Shown: in pieces, positions 36,378 to 46,116 of the stretch
Numbering within the stretch: position 1 is the first letter of the stretch
Layout of the letters: each line of letters starts with the position of its first letter
Source: Candidatus Rokuibacteriota bacterium
Lineage (GTDB): Bacteria; Methylomirabilota; Methylomirabilia; Rokubacteriales; CSP1-6
DNA: 64,000 nt
Assembly (NCBI GenBank): GCA_016200085.1
Contig: JACQFL010000003.1
Span: 25,505 to 89,504, forward strand
Reading direction: 5' to 3'
Notes under the pieces: model-generated
Database searches by the model: none
The model's input: only the letters and a program-made list of their open reading frames with translations
Told to the model about the DNA's origin: nothing
Position numbers and translations under genes: made by a program

Positions 36378-36414
36378 TAGCGCGACGCCCGAGATTCTGC
36401 TACGGTGCGTATCG

Positions 36415-36585
36415 CTGTTCGCGCCCGGGTGCCCCTGAACGGGCCCAGGGAAGGCGGTGTGAATCCGCCGCGACCCCGTCACTGTAATCGGGGACGAAAC
36501 CCGCAGAAGCCACTGGCCGGTGACGGCCGGGAAGGCGCGGGGAGTAGGACGATCCGAGAGCCAGGAGACCTGCCCGGGCGCGCAC
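36415..36585 (+). promoter_or_regulatory. Cobalamin (AdoCbl) riboswitch
   Basis: Conserved blocks are AGGGAAGGCGGTGTGAATCCGCC, CCCGTCACTGTAA, GCCACTGGCC..GGGAAGGC and the B12 box GAGCCAGGAGACCTGCC. P1 pairs GCGCCCGGG with CCCGGGCGC. It lies about 40 nt upstream of cobU. Confidence 0.85.
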
Positions 36586-36622
36586 CATCACGACCGGTCT
36601 TCGCGGGAGGACCTGGAGGAAC

Positions 36623-37180
36623 GTGGCGCGCTCACATCTCATCCTCGGCGGAGCCCGCAGCGGCAAGAGCCGCTTCGCGGTCGAGAGCCAGCCGCGCCAG
36701 GCGCGCGTCGCCTTCATCGCCACGGCGCAGGCCGGGGACGGCGACATGGCGGCGCGCATCGCGCGCCACCGCGCCGAGCGCCCCCGTCACTGGCTGACGA
36801 TCGAGGAGCCCTTCGACGTCCTCGCGCGGCTCGGCGACCTCGCCGGGCGCGCGGAGGCGGCGATCGTCGATTGCCTGACGCTGTGGGTCGCCAACCGGCT
36901 GCTGCGCGGCGACGACGACGAGGCCATCCTGCGCGAGACCGAGGCGCTGGCCGGCGCGGTCAAGCGCGCGCCGTTGTCCGTGACGCTGATCAGCAACGAG
37001 GTGGGCGATGGTGTGCATCCCGAGACCGCCGCGGGGCGGCGCTTCCGCGACCTCCTCGGCCTCGTCAACCAGCGCCTCGCCGCCGCCTGCGACGCCGTGA
37101 CCCTCATGGTCGCGGGCGTGCCGCTCGTCATCAAATCCACACCGGAGGGCTCCCGTGACCACGCTCCCCAGGCTCCTTGA
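36623..37180 (+). CDS. cobU: Bifunctional adenosylcobinamide kinase / adenosylcobinamide-phosphate guanylyltransferase
   Basis: LILGGARSGKSRFAV is a P-loop, followed by ...FIATAQAGDGDMAARIARHRAERP..., ...DCLTLWVAN... and ...LISNEVG.G..P. GTG start. Confidence 0.9.
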   Translation: MARSHLILGGARSGKSRFAVESQPRQARVAFIATAQAGDGDMAARIARHRAERPRHWLTIEEPFDVLARLGDLAGRAEAAIVDCLTLWVANRLLRGDDDEAILRETEALAGAVKRAPLSVTLISNEVGDGVHPETAAGRRFRDLLGLVNQRLAAACDAVTLMVAGVPLVIKSTPEGSRDHAPQAP

Positions 37181-38207
37181 GGCCATCGGCCCGCTCGACG
37201 ACGCCCTCGCCGCGGAGGCGCGCCGTCACCTCGACAACCTGACCAAGCCGCCGGGCAGCCTCGGCCGGCTCGAGGAGCTCGCCGCCCGGCTGGCCGTCCT
37301 GCGCGGCGGGCCGCCGAGCGTCGCCCGTCCCGTGGTCTTCACCTTCGCCGCCGATCACGGTGTGACGGCCGAGGGCGTCAGCGCCTATCCCCAGGTGGTG
37401 ACCGTGCAGATGGTCGAGAACTTCCTGCGCGGCGGCGCGGCGATCAACGTGCTGGCGCGCCAGGCCGGCGCGCGCGTCGTCGTGGCCGATTTCGGGGTCG
37501 CGAGCCCGCTCGGCGAGCGCGAGGGCCTGATCGCGTGCCCGATCGGCCCGGGCACCGCGAACATGGCGCGCGGGCCAGCGATGAGCCGCGCGCAGGCGAT
37601 CGGCGCGATCGAAGCGGGCGCAGCGCTGGCGGAGGACGCGATGGACGCCGGCGCCGACCTGCTCGCCACGGGCGAGATGGGCATCGGCAACACCACCGCG
37701 GCCAGCGCGATCACCGCGGCGATCACCGGCGCGCCGCCCGAGGCGGTGACCGGGCGCGGCACCGGGGTGGACGACGCCACGTGGCGGCGCAAGGTCGAGG
37801 TCGTGCGCCGCGCGCTCGCCGTGAACGTCCCCGATCCGCGCGACGGCCTCGCCGTGCTCGCCGCCGTCGGCGGCTTCGAGATCGCCGGCCTGACGGGCGT
37901 CGTCCTCGCGGCGGCGGCACGGCGGATTCCCGTCGTGCTCGACGGCTTCATCTCGGGCGCCGCCGCGCTCGTCGCCGCCGCGCTCGCGCCCCACGCGCCC
38001 GCCGCGATGTTCGCCGCCCACCGCTCCGCGGAGCCCGGCCATGCGCTCGCGCTTGCCCATCTCGGGCTCGCGCCCTACCTCGAGCTCGGGATGCGGCTGG
38101 GCGAGGGGACGGGCGCGGCGCTCTTCGTGCACCTGGCGCGCGCGGCGGCGCTCGTCTACCGCGAGATGGCGACCTTCAAGTCCGCCGGAGTGTCCGGGCC
38201 CGCGTGA
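37155..38207 (+). CDS. cobT: Nicotinate-nucleotide--dimethylbenzimidazole phosphoribosyltransferase
   Basis: ...LDNLTKPPGSLGRLEELA..., ...GEMGIGNTTAASAI... and ...GMRLGEGTGAAL are CobT signatures. Confidence 0.9.
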   Translation: MTTLPRLLEAIGPLDDALAAEARRHLDNLTKPPGSLGRLEELAARLAVLRGGPPSVARPVVFTFAADHGVTAEGVSAYPQVVTVQMVENFLRGGAAINVLARQAGARVVVADFGVASPLGEREGLIACPIGPGTANMARGPAMSRAQAIGAIEAGAALAEDAMDAGADLLATGEMGIGNTTAASAITAAITGAPPEAVTGRGTGVDDATWRRKVEVVRRALAVNVPDPRDGLAVLAAVGGFEIAGLTGVVLAAAARRIPVVLDGFISGAAALVAAALAPHAPAAMFAAHRSAEPGHALALAHLGLAPYLELGMRLGEGTGAALFVHLARAAALVYREMATFKSAGVSGPA

Positions 38208-39586
38208 TGGCCACGCGCGTCCTCGTGGTGGCTGGCGCCGCGAGCGGGGTCGGCAAGACCACGGTCACCCTCGGTCTGCTCGAGGCCCTGCGCCGCCGCG
38301 GGCTCGCCGTGCAGGCCTTCAAAGTCGGCCCCGACTTCATCGATCCGGGTCTGCACGAGGTCGTCACCGGCCGGCCCTCCTTCACGCTCGACGGCTGGAT
38401 GTGCGGGCGCGAGGCGGTGCTCGCCACCGTCGCCCGCGAGGCCGCGGGCGCCGACGTCGCCCTCGTCGAGGGCGTGATGGGCTGCTTCGACGGCGCCGAC
38501 GCCACCGGGGACGACGGCTCCACCGCGCAGGTGGCGAAGTGGCTCGGGGCGCCCGTGGTGCTGGTCATCGACGCGGGCGGCCAGTCGCGCAGCGCCGCGG
38601 CCACGGTGCTCGGCTTCGAGCGCTTCGACCCCGCGCTCGCCATCGCCGGCGTCATCGTCAATCGGGTCGGCGGCGAGGGCCACGCGCGCTGGCTCGCCGA
38701 GGCCATCGGCGCGCGCTGCCGCGCCGTCCCCCTCGGCTTCCTCGCGCGGGACGAGGCGCTCACCGTGCCCGAGCGTCATCTCGGCCTGTTCACCGCCGCG
38801 GAGGGCGTGCTCGACGGCGCGCGGCGGGCGCGCCTGGCGGACGCCCTCGAGCGCGGGGTGGACCTCGATCGGCTGCTCGCCCTGGCCGCGCCGCTCGCGG
38901 CGCCGAGGGGCGAGCCCCTCACGGCGGCGCCGCCACGCGCGCGCATCGGGGTGGCGCGCGATCGCGCGTTCCAGTTCTACTACGCGGAGAACCTCGCGCG
39001 GCTGCGGGCGGCCGGCGCCGAGCTGGTTGCCTGGAGCCCGCTGGCCGACGAGGCGCTGCCCGTCGTCGACGGGCTCTACCTCGGCGGCGGGTATCCCGAG
39101 CTCCACGCCGCGCGGCTGGCCGAGAACGAGCCCATGCGCGCGGCCGTCGCCGCCTTCGTCCGCAACGGCCGGCCGGTGTACGCCGAATGCGGCGGGCTGA
39201 TGTACCTCGCCGAGACCCTCGAGGATCAGGACGGCGCCGTGCACCCGATGGTCGGCGTGCTGCCGATCGGGGTGCGGATGCGCCCACCCCGCATGACGCT
39301 CGGCTATCGCGAGGTGACGTTCGCCGCCGACACCCCGCTCGGCCGGGGCGGCGCGGTCGTCCGCGGCCAGGAGTTCCACTACTCGACGCCCGATGCCGTG
39401 CCCGCCGCCGTGCCCCGCGCGTGGCGCGTGCGCGGCGGCGGGGCCGAGCGCGCCGAGGGCTACCTCGTCGACGCGGCCTTGATGACCTACCTCCACCTCC
39501 ACTTCGCCTCGTGCCCCGAGCTCCCGCACCACTGGGTCGAGACCTGTGCAAGGCTCGCCCGGCGACATGCCTCCGTCACGCCGTAA
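38207..39586 (+). CDS. cbiA: Cobyrinate a,c-diamide synthase
   Basis: The sequence runs MATRVLVVAGAASGVGKTTVTLGLLEAL..KVGPDFIDP...IGVARDRAFQFYY.EN...AECGGLMYL. The ATG overlaps the cobT stop by 1 nt (TGATG). Confidence 0.85.
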   Translation: MATRVLVVAGAASGVGKTTVTLGLLEALRRRGLAVQAFKVGPDFIDPGLHEVVTGRPSFTLDGWMCGREAVLATVAREAAGADVALVEGVMGCFDGADATGDDGSTAQVAKWLGAPVVLVIDAGGQSRSAAATVLGFERFDPALAIAGVIVNRVGGEGHARWLAEAIGARCRAVPLGFLARDEALTVPERHLGLFTAAEGVLDGARRARLADALERGVDLDRLLALAAPLAAPRGEPLTAAPPRARIGVARDRAFQFYYAENLARLRAAGAELVAWSPLADEALPVVDGLYLGGGYPELHAARLAENEPMRAAVAAFVRNGRPVYAECGGLMYLAETLEDQDGAVHPMVGVLPIGVRMRPPRMTLGYREVTFAADTPLGRGGAVVRGQEFHYSTPDAVPAAVPRAWRVRGGGAERAEGYLVDAALMTYLHLHFASCPELPHHWVETCARLARRHASVTP

Positions 39587-40463
39587 CGCCGGCCTCGCCG
39601 TCGGCGTCCTGCTGGCGCTGCTGTCGGCGGCGACGCCGGCCCACGCGGTCAGGCTGCGCGACATGACGGGGCGCGAGGTGATGCTCGCGTCCGAGCCGAA
39701 GCGGATCGTCTCGCTGGTGCCGAGCGTGACGGAGCTGATCTACGCGCTCGGGGGCGAGGAGCGGCTGGTCGGGGTGACGGACTTCTGCGACTGGCCTCCG
39801 GCCGCCCGGCAGAAGCCGAGCGTGGGCGGCATGATCAACCCCAACCTCGAGGTCCTGGCCACCTTGCGGCCGGATCTCGTGATCGCGACCGACGCCGGCA
39901 ACCGGCAGGAGACGTTCGTCCACCTCCGGGAGCTCGGGATCGCCGTCTACCTCGTGCACGCGCGGCACCTCGCCGAGGTCATGGACGTCACCGCGCGCCT
40001 CGGCGCGCTCACCGGCCGAGAGGCCGCCGTCGCCCCGGTGACCGCCGGTCTGGGGCGGCGCATCCAGGCCGTCACGCGGGCGGTGGCGCCGTTCCGGAAG
40101 CCGCGCGTGCTGTACGTGCTGTGGCCCGAGCCCCTCATCGTGCCCGGCCGCGACGCGCTGATCGGCGACCTGATCCTCGCTGCGGGCGGCGACAGCATCA
40201 CGGCGGCCGAGCCCAGCGACTATCCGCGCTTCAGCCTCGAGGCGGCGGTGGCCCGCGCGCCCGAGGTGATCCTGCTCGCCGACCACGGCAGCGGCACGGG
40301 GGCGATCCCGCGTCAGAAGTGGGACCGGCTCACGAGCCTTCCGGCCGTGCGAAGCGGCCGCATCCATTCCGTCAACGGCACGCTGCTGCACCGCTACGGG
40401 CCGCGGCTCGTCGAGGGGCTGGAGCAGCTGGCCCGCGCGATCCACCCCGAGGCCTTCCGGTGA
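39546..40463 (+). CDS. btuF: Cobalamin/siderophore-type ABC substrate-binding protein (BtuF-like)
   Basis: ...RIVSLVPSVTELIYALGGEERLVGVTDFCDWP... is present, with the signal sequence PSRRNAGLAVGVLLALLSAATPAHA (possibly Tat-like). An alternative start is at 39567. Confidence 0.8.
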   Translation: MQGSPGDMPPSRRNAGLAVGVLLALLSAATPAHAVRLRDMTGREVMLASEPKRIVSLVPSVTELIYALGGEERLVGVTDFCDWPPAARQKPSVGGMINPNLEVLATLRPDLVIATDAGNRQETFVHLRELGIAVYLVHARHLAEVMDVTARLGALTGREAAVAPVTAGLGRRIQAVTRAVAPFRKPRVLYVLWPEPLIVPGRDALIGDLILAAGGDSITAAEPSDYPRFSLEAAVARAPEVILLADHGSGTGAIPRQKWDRLTSLPAVRSGRIHSVNGTLLHRYGPRLVEGLEQLARAIHPEAFR

Positions 40464-41476
40464 GCCCGGCGCGCCGCCTGCTTGCCGTGCTCGCGGTCCT
40501 CGGCGCCGCCCTCGCGGCGCTGGCGGTCGCGGCGACGTTTCTCGGCGGCGCGGCGCTCTCGCCGGCGACCGTCGTCGCGGTGCTGAGCGGCCGCGCGCCG
40601 GCGGGCGCCACGGAGACGGTGGTGATCCTGAGCCTGCGACTGCCGCGGATCGCCGCCGCCAGCCTCGCCGGGGGCGCGCTCGCGGTGGCCGGCGCCGCGT
40701 TCCAGGCGCTGACGCGCAATCCGCTCGCCGAGCCCTCGGTGCTGGGCGTCTCGAGCGGCGCCGCCTTCGGTGTGGTCCTGGCGCAGCTCGCCGGGCTTGG
40801 CGACTCCCTGAGCCAGCTCCTCGGGCTCGCCGGCTTCGCGTTCGCCGGGGCGTTGCTGGCCGGAACGGTCGTCTACCTGATCGCCGCCGTCGACGGCGCG
40901 CTGCCGGTGCAGACGCTCCTGCTCGCCGGGGTGATCGTGGGGATCTTCTTCGCCTCGGCGATCACCGCCATGACCTCGGTCATCGACGTGAACCGGCTCG
41001 GCGGGATCATCCACTGGCTCCTCGGCAACGTCGGGCCGCTGCCGCCCGTGTCGCTCGCGGTGTTCGCCGGCCTCGCCGCGCTCGGATTCTGGCTGGTGCT
41101 CGGCCGGGCGCGCGAGCTGAACCTCCTGGCGCTCGGGGAGGAGGCCGCCGCGCAGCTCGGGGTCATGGTCGAGCGGCTCAAGCTCCGCATCTTCGTCGGC
41201 GCCGCGCTGCTGACCGCGACGGTGGTCGCCTTCGCGGGCCCCATCGGCTTCGTGGGGCTGATCGTGCCGCACGCGCTCCGCCTGTTCCTGGGCGCCGACA
41301 ACCGGTTCCTCGTGCCCGCGACGCTGCTCGGCGGCGCGAGCTTCCTGCTCCTCGCCGACACCATCGCGCGCAGCATCGTCGCCCCGGCGGAGCTGGCGGT
41401 CGGCGTCATCACGTCGCTCTGCGGCGCCCCGTTCTTCATCTGGGTGCTGCGCACGCGGCCCCGGGTCGCCCTGTGA
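40460..41476 (+). CDS. btuC: FecCD-family ABC permease (BtuC-like)
   Basis: The GTG at 40460 overlaps the btuF stop. Motifs include ...LRLPRIAAASLAGGALAVAGAAFQALTRNPLAEPSVLGVSSGA... and ...GPIGFVGLIVPH... Confidence 0.85.
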   Translation: MSPARRLLAVLAVLGAALAALAVAATFLGGAALSPATVVAVLSGRAPAGATETVVILSLRLPRIAAASLAGGALAVAGAAFQALTRNPLAEPSVLGVSSGAAFGVVLAQLAGLGDSLSQLLGLAGFAFAGALLAGTVVYLIAAVDGALPVQTLLLAGVIVGIFFASAITAMTSVIDVNRLGGIIHWLLGNVGPLPPVSLAVFAGLAALGFWLVLGRARELNLLALGEEAAAQLGVMVERLKLRIFVGAALLTATVVAFAGPIGFVGLIVPHALRLFLGADNRFLVPATLLGGASFLLLADTIARSIVAPAELAVGVITSLCGAPFFIWVLRTRPRVAL

Positions 41477-42306
41477 CGCCGCTGCTCGAGCTCGACGGCG
41501 TCGGCTTTCGCTACCCGGCGCCGGCCGGCGGGCGCGGCGGGTTCGCGCTCGCCGACGTCTCGCTCGCGCTCGCACCGGGCGAGGTGCTCGCGGTGATCGG
41601 GCCCAACAGCGCCGGCAAGACCACGCTCATCCGGCTGCTCAGCCGGGTGCTCGAGCCCGACGCCGGCGAGATTCGCCTGGATGGCCGGCCGCTCGCCGAG
41701 GTGCCGCGGGCGGCCCTGGCCCGGGCCGTTGCCGTCGTGGCACAGGACGCTCCGCCGGCGCTGCCGTTCTCGGTCGAGCAGCTCGTGCTCATGGGTCGCT
41801 ATCCCCACGCGCCCACGCGGTTCTTCGAGAGCGATGACGACCGTGCGGCGGCCCGGGAGGCGATGGCGCTGACCGGCGTGGCCGAGCTCGCGCCGGCCCC
41901 GGTGGGGCGGCTCGGGGGCGGCGAACGCCAGCGGGTCATGCTGGCCCGGGCGCTCGCCCAGCGGCCGCGCCTGCTCGTGCTCGACGAGCCCACCGCGCAC
42001 CTGGATCTGCGCTACCAGGTGGAGTGCGTGGCCCTGCTGCGTCGGGTGAACCGCGAGCGGGGGGTCGCCATCGTGCTCGTGTCGCACGACCTCGACCTCG
42101 CGGCCGAGGTGGCCGACCGGCTGCTGTTCCTCGACCGGGGCCGCGTCGCGCGGCTGGGCGCCGCCGTCGACGTTCTCGAGGAGCGTCTGCTGTCCGAGAT
42201 CTACGGCTGCCGGGTCACGGTCGAGCGTAATCCAGAGAGCGGCCGCCCCAGCGTCCGCGTGGTCTGGCCCGCCGCTCCCGCCGGAGCGCCCGCACACCGG
42301 CGATGA
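41473..42306 (+). CDS. btuD: ABC transporter ATP-binding protein (BtuD/FepC-like)
   Basis: Walker A GPNSAGKTT, the signature LGGGERQRV and Walker B LLVLDEP are present. Confidence 0.9.
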   Translation: MTPLLELDGVGFRYPAPAGGRGGFALADVSLALAPGEVLAVIGPNSAGKTTLIRLLSRVLEPDAGEIRLDGRPLAEVPRAALARAVAVVAQDAPPALPFSVEQLVLMGRYPHAPTRFFESDDDRAAAREAMALTGVAELAPAPVGRLGGGERQRVMLARALAQRPRLLVLDEPTAHLDLRYQVECVALLRRVNRERGVAIVLVSHDLDLAAEVADRLLFLDRGRVARLGAAVDVLEERLLSEIYGCRVTVERNPESGRPSVRVVWPAAPAGAPAHRR

Positions 42307-42316
42307 CATGTAGTGG

Positions 42317-42418
42317 CAGTGTGAGGTGAGCGGCGCCGGAGCGCCGTGAGGCGCGATCGCCGCGAGCCGAACGGTTTGCGAGGTGGGCGTGCTATGCACG
42401 TCCGCCGAGCGGCGAAAT
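42317..42418 (+). repeat. Family B structured repeat, single copy (B4)
   Basis: CAGTGTGAGGTGAGC...GAGCCGAACGGTTTGCGAGGTGGGCGTGCTATGCACGTCCGCCGAGCGGCGAAAT starts 11 nt after the btuD stop. Confidence 0.85.
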
Positions 42419-42444
42419 GAAGGAGGTGAGAGCCGGGTAGGACC

Positions 42445-42640
42445 GAACGACGTGCCCCGGGTCGAGGGAAGCTGGTGAGGTCCTCGTCGAGGACCGAGAC
42501 CGGCACGGTTCCCGCCACTGTGAGTGGGGAGCGGAGTCCCGAATCCGACGCATGACGCCACTGTCCCGCGTGACCGCGGGATGGGAAGGCGGGGGCGTCC
42601 GCGACGATCCACGAGTCAGGAAACCTGGTCCCGGGGCGAG
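42445..42640 (+). promoter_or_regulatory. Cobalamin riboswitch (second copy)
   Basis: Conserved blocks are AGGGAAGCTGGTGAGGTCC, GGTTCCCGCCACTGTGA, GCCACTGTCCCGCG..GCGGGATGGGAAGGC and the B12 box AGTCAGGAAACCTGG. P1 pairs CCCCGGG with CCCGGGG. It lies about 35 nt upstream of the btuB start. Confidence 0.85.
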
Positions 42641-42674
42641 CTTCCAACCCTTTCGAGGAAAAAGGAGTGAAGTG

Positions 42675-44553
42675 ATGCTGCGAGCCGTCCTGACCGGGCT
42701 GTTGCTGCTGATCGTCAAGGTTTCGCCCGGCGCCGCCCAGGAGGGCGCCGCGCAACCTCGATCCCGTCGTCGTCACCGCGACCAAGATCGACACCAGGCA
42801 ATCGGAGACCGGCGCCGCGGTGACCGTGGTGACCGAGGAGGAGATCCGCTCCTACAACTACTCGAGCGTCGACGAGGTCCTCCGCAAGGTCCCCGGCGTC
42901 GAGGTCCAGCGCTCCGGCGGCCTCGGCAAGACCTCGCAGATCAAGATGCGCGGCGCCGGCGCCGACCAGGTCCTCATCCTGGTCGACGGCCTGCGGGTGG
43001 CGAGCCCGACCCTGGGCACCGCCGATCTCTCGGAGCTGTCGCTCGACGCCATCGAGCGCATCGAGGTCGTGCGCGGCCCGCAGTCCACCCTCTACGGCGC
43101 CGACGCGATCGGCGGCGTCATCAACATCATCACCAGGAAGGGCCAGGGCCCGCCGCAGGGCATGCTCTGGGGCGAGGTCGGCACTTACGAGACCTTCCGT
43201 GAGCGCGCATCGGTTCAAGGGGCCCTCGGCCGGTTCAACTACGCGTTCTCGGAGAGCCACTACGACACGCGCGGCTACATCCGCCGGTTCGACAACGACG
43301 ACGCCACCCAGACGGCGCTGGCGGGGCGGATCGGCTACGACTTCCCGTGGAAGGGGGACCTGTCGCTGTCCGTGCGCTACTCGAAGACGGATCTGGACCT
43401 GCCCATCAACAGCACCTTCCCTCTCGTGATCCTCGATCCCAACCAGCGGCAGCAGACCGAGACGTACCTCTTCAACCTCGCCTACAAGCAGCCCATCGTC
43501 GACTGGTGGCGTATCAGCGGACGCTGGGGCCAGTGGTGGAACAACCAGGGCTACGAGCAGGGGGTGGCGGGGAAGACGATCGTGACGGCGATGCCCACCA
43601 TCTCGCAGATCGACACCTTCCGGCGCGAGTTCGAGCTGGTGAACGCCTTCGACATGGGGAAGTGGAGCACGCTGACCGCGGGCTTCGAGCACCGCCAGGA
43701 GCACGGCGAGAATCGCAGAGTGACGCGGCAGACGATCAACGTCTTCGCGGGGTTCCTCCAGGAGGAGCTGCGCTTCTTCGACCGCCTCTTCCTGAGCGGC
43801 GGCGCGCGCGCCGAGGACAACGACAGCTTCGGCTCCGCCATCACCCCGCGCGCGGCCGTCGCCTTCAACGTCAAGGAAACCGGTACCCGGCTGCGCGCCT
43901 CCTGGGGCAAGGGCTTCCGCGCCCCGACCATCAACGACCTCTTCTTTCCCGGCTTCGGCAACCCGCTCCTCAAGCCGGAGCGCAGCGAGAGCTACGACGT
44001 CGGCTTCGACCAGCGGCTCTTCGCGAACCGCGTGCGCTTCGGCGGCACGTACTTCCACAACGAGTTCACCCAGCTCATCCAGTTCATCCTCGACCCCGCC
44101 ACCTTCTCCTTCCAGCCCGAGAACGTGGGGCGCGCCCAGTCCGAGGGCATCGAGAGCTACCTCGAGATCGATCCGCTCGACTGGCTGCTGCTCTACGCCA
44201 ACCACACCTACACGCACGCCATCGACCGCGTGAGCCACCTCGAGCTGCGGCGCTTCCCGCACCAGCGGTTCAACGCCGGCGCGCAGGTGACGCCGATCAG
44301 CCGCCTGACCGTTTTCGTGCAGGGCACCGGGGTGACCAAGCAGTTCGAGGGCGAGGACCAGGGGTACAATCCCGGCTGGTACCGGGTGGACGCGGGCGGA
44401 ACCCTGCGGCTCGCGGACCGCGTCGGAATACTACACAAGCTCGAGTTGACGCTGCGCATGGAGAACCTGACCGGCAATCGCTACCACGAGGTCCAGGGCT
44501 TCCGGGCCGCCGGCTTCAGCGGCCTGCTCGGGCTCCGGGCCTTCTTCCAGTGA
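42675..44553 (+). pseudogene. btuB: TonB-dependent cobalamin receptor BtuB, interrupted by a +1 frame change near 42745-42757
   Basis: The signal peptide MLRAVLTGLLLLIVKVSPGAAQEGAA (frame of ORF 42552, AAGGAG SD) is one frame away from the TonB box and plug NLDPVVVTATKIDTRQSETGAAVTVVTEEEI and the barrel (frame of ORF 42820..44553). The barrel frame has a TGA upstream and no start codon before the TonB box. Confidence 0.8.
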
Positions 44554-44563
44554 CGAGGCGCGG

Positions 44564-45217
44564 GTGATCGACGGCGTGGCGATCGACGTGGACGCGGAGG
44601 CCGTGGTGGTCACGGCCCGGCACCCGCTCCACGTCGTCTCCTCGGCGGTCGTCGGCGGCGGCCTCGCCGAGGCCCGCGCCCTCATCAACGTCCACGTCCC
44701 CAAGGGCTTTCACGCAGAGGACGCGACCGACGTCCTCGGGGGCTTCGCGCGCCGGCGCGGCGTGCCCACGCCCTGGGTCGGCCTCCTCACGGCGGCGGCC
44801 ACCGAGCATGCCGAGCGGGCGGACGTCGCGGCGGCCGGCCTGCGCGCCTGCGCGATCGTCACTGTCGGGCTCAGCAACCGCTCGGCGGCCGGGCGCAGCG
44901 CGGCGGCCGCGTGGTGCCCCTCCACCATCAACACGATCCTCATCGTGGATGCCGCGCCGGAGCCGGCCGCGCTCGTCAACCTCGTCATCACGGCGACCGA
45001 GGTGAAGGCGCTTGCCCTCGCCGGGGCCGGCGTGCGCACCGACGACGGCGAGCCCGCGAGCGGGACCTCGACGGACGCCGTGGTCGTGGCTGCGACCGGC
45101 CGCGGTCCGCGGTGCCGGTTCGGAGGCCCCGTCAGCGAGCTCGGCGCCTGCGCGGCGGCCGCCGTGCGCGAGGCGATGGAACGCGGCGTGCGCCGCTGGC
45201 TCGAGGCCCATCCGTGA
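44564..45217 (+). CDS. cbiZ: Adenosylcobinamide amidohydrolase
   Basis: The 217-aa protein (...ALINVHVP..., ...TINTILIVDAAPEPAALVNLVITATEVKALAL..., ...GTSTDAVVV) matches the CbiZ family pattern. Confidence 0.75.
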   Translation: MIDGVAIDVDAEAVVVTARHPLHVVSSAVVGGGLAEARALINVHVPKGFHAEDATDVLGGFARRRGVPTPWVGLLTAAATEHAERADVAAAGLRACAIVTVGLSNRSAAGRSAAAAWCPSTINTILIVDAAPEPAALVNLVITATEVKALALAGAGVRTDDGEPASGTSTDAVVVAATGRGPRCRFGGPVSELGACAAAAVREAMERGVRRWLEAHP

Positions 45218-46116
45218 GGCGCAGGCCGTCCGTCGGATTCTTCGGCTCGCTCGCGCTCCACGGCGCGCTCGTCGTCGTGCTCGTGCTCGTCCCGCGCGAG
45301 ACGGCGCTACCCGGGCTGTTCATCGACCTCACGATCGGCGAGCCCGTGGCGCCTGCCGGCCCGCCGCCGGGCCTCGCCGGCCGCGACGGGGCGTGGCCGG
45401 CATCCGCCGCCCCGGCTCTCGCCGCACGACCCGCGCGCCGGGCCTCCGCGGTCACGAGGCCTCGGGCCGTGGAGTCCCCGCCGCCGTCCGCATCGCCCGC
45501 GGCCCCCCCCGGCGACGACAAGATGCCGCCCGCCGGTCCGACGCCTCGGGTGGAGGCCGCGGCGCTGGCGCAGAGCGCTCCCACGCCTGACCTCGCGCCC
45601 GCCCCCGGCGCGTCCGTCGCGCCGCCGGCGACGGCGCCGACCGTCACGGGGACCGCGGGTGGAGACGGCGACGCTCGCGGGATGCGAGGAGGCTCGACCG
45701 GCGCGGGCGCCCTGACGACGGTGGCCGCCGGTGCCGATGCCGGCGGCGCGGGACGCGGCGTCACCGGCGCCGGGCGGGGGACGGTTGGGGACGATGGCGC
45801 GGGTGGGGGCGGGGCGCGGGGCGAGGTCGCCGAGTACTCCGGGTACCTCGCGGCCTTCCGACGGCTCATCCAGGAGTCGCTGCTCTACCCGATGGCCGCC
45901 CGGCGCCGCAACCTCACGGGCACCGTGCAGATCGAGGTCGTCATCGCGCCGACCGGCGCCGTGGGGCGGGTCGCGGTGCACGCCTCCTCGTCTCACGCGC
46001 TGCTCGACGAGGCGGCGGTCGAGACGGTGCGACGGCTCCGGCCGCTGCCGTTCCCCGCCGGGGTGCCGCCACGGACGCTGACCGTCAGGATCCCGGTCGT
46101 CTTCCGCCTCGAATGA
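45214..46116 (+). CDS. tonB: TonB family protein
   Basis: The GTG overlaps the cbiZ stop (GTGA). The protein has an N-terminal TM segment (FFGSLALHGALVVVLVLV), a Pro/Ala-rich linker and a TonB C-terminal domain (YPMAARRRNLTGTVQIEVVIAPTGAV...ETVRRLRPLPFP). Confidence 0.8.
   Translation: MRRRPSVGFFGSLALHGALVVVLVLVPRETALPGLFIDLTIGEPVAPAGPPPGLAGRDGAWPASAAPALAARPARRASAVTRPRAVESPPPSASPAAPPGDDKMPPAGPTPRVEAAALAQSAPTPDLAPAPGASVAPPATAPTVTGTAGGDGDARGMRGGSTGAGALTTVAAGADAGGAGRGVTGAGRGTVGDDGAGGGGARGEVAEYSGYLAAFRRLIQESLLYPMAARRRNLTGTVQIEVVIAPTGAVGRVAVHASSSHALLDEAAVETVRRLRPLPFPAGVPPRTLTVRIPVVFRLE

Noticed and set aside
42740-42760. Programmed +1 ribosomal frameshifting in btuB.
   Set aside because: I see no recognisable slippery or hungry-codon context (such as CUU-UGA) and no stimulatory SD-like element positioned upstream. 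A single-base indel in a GC run is the simpler explanation. I keep it only as the least likely alternative.
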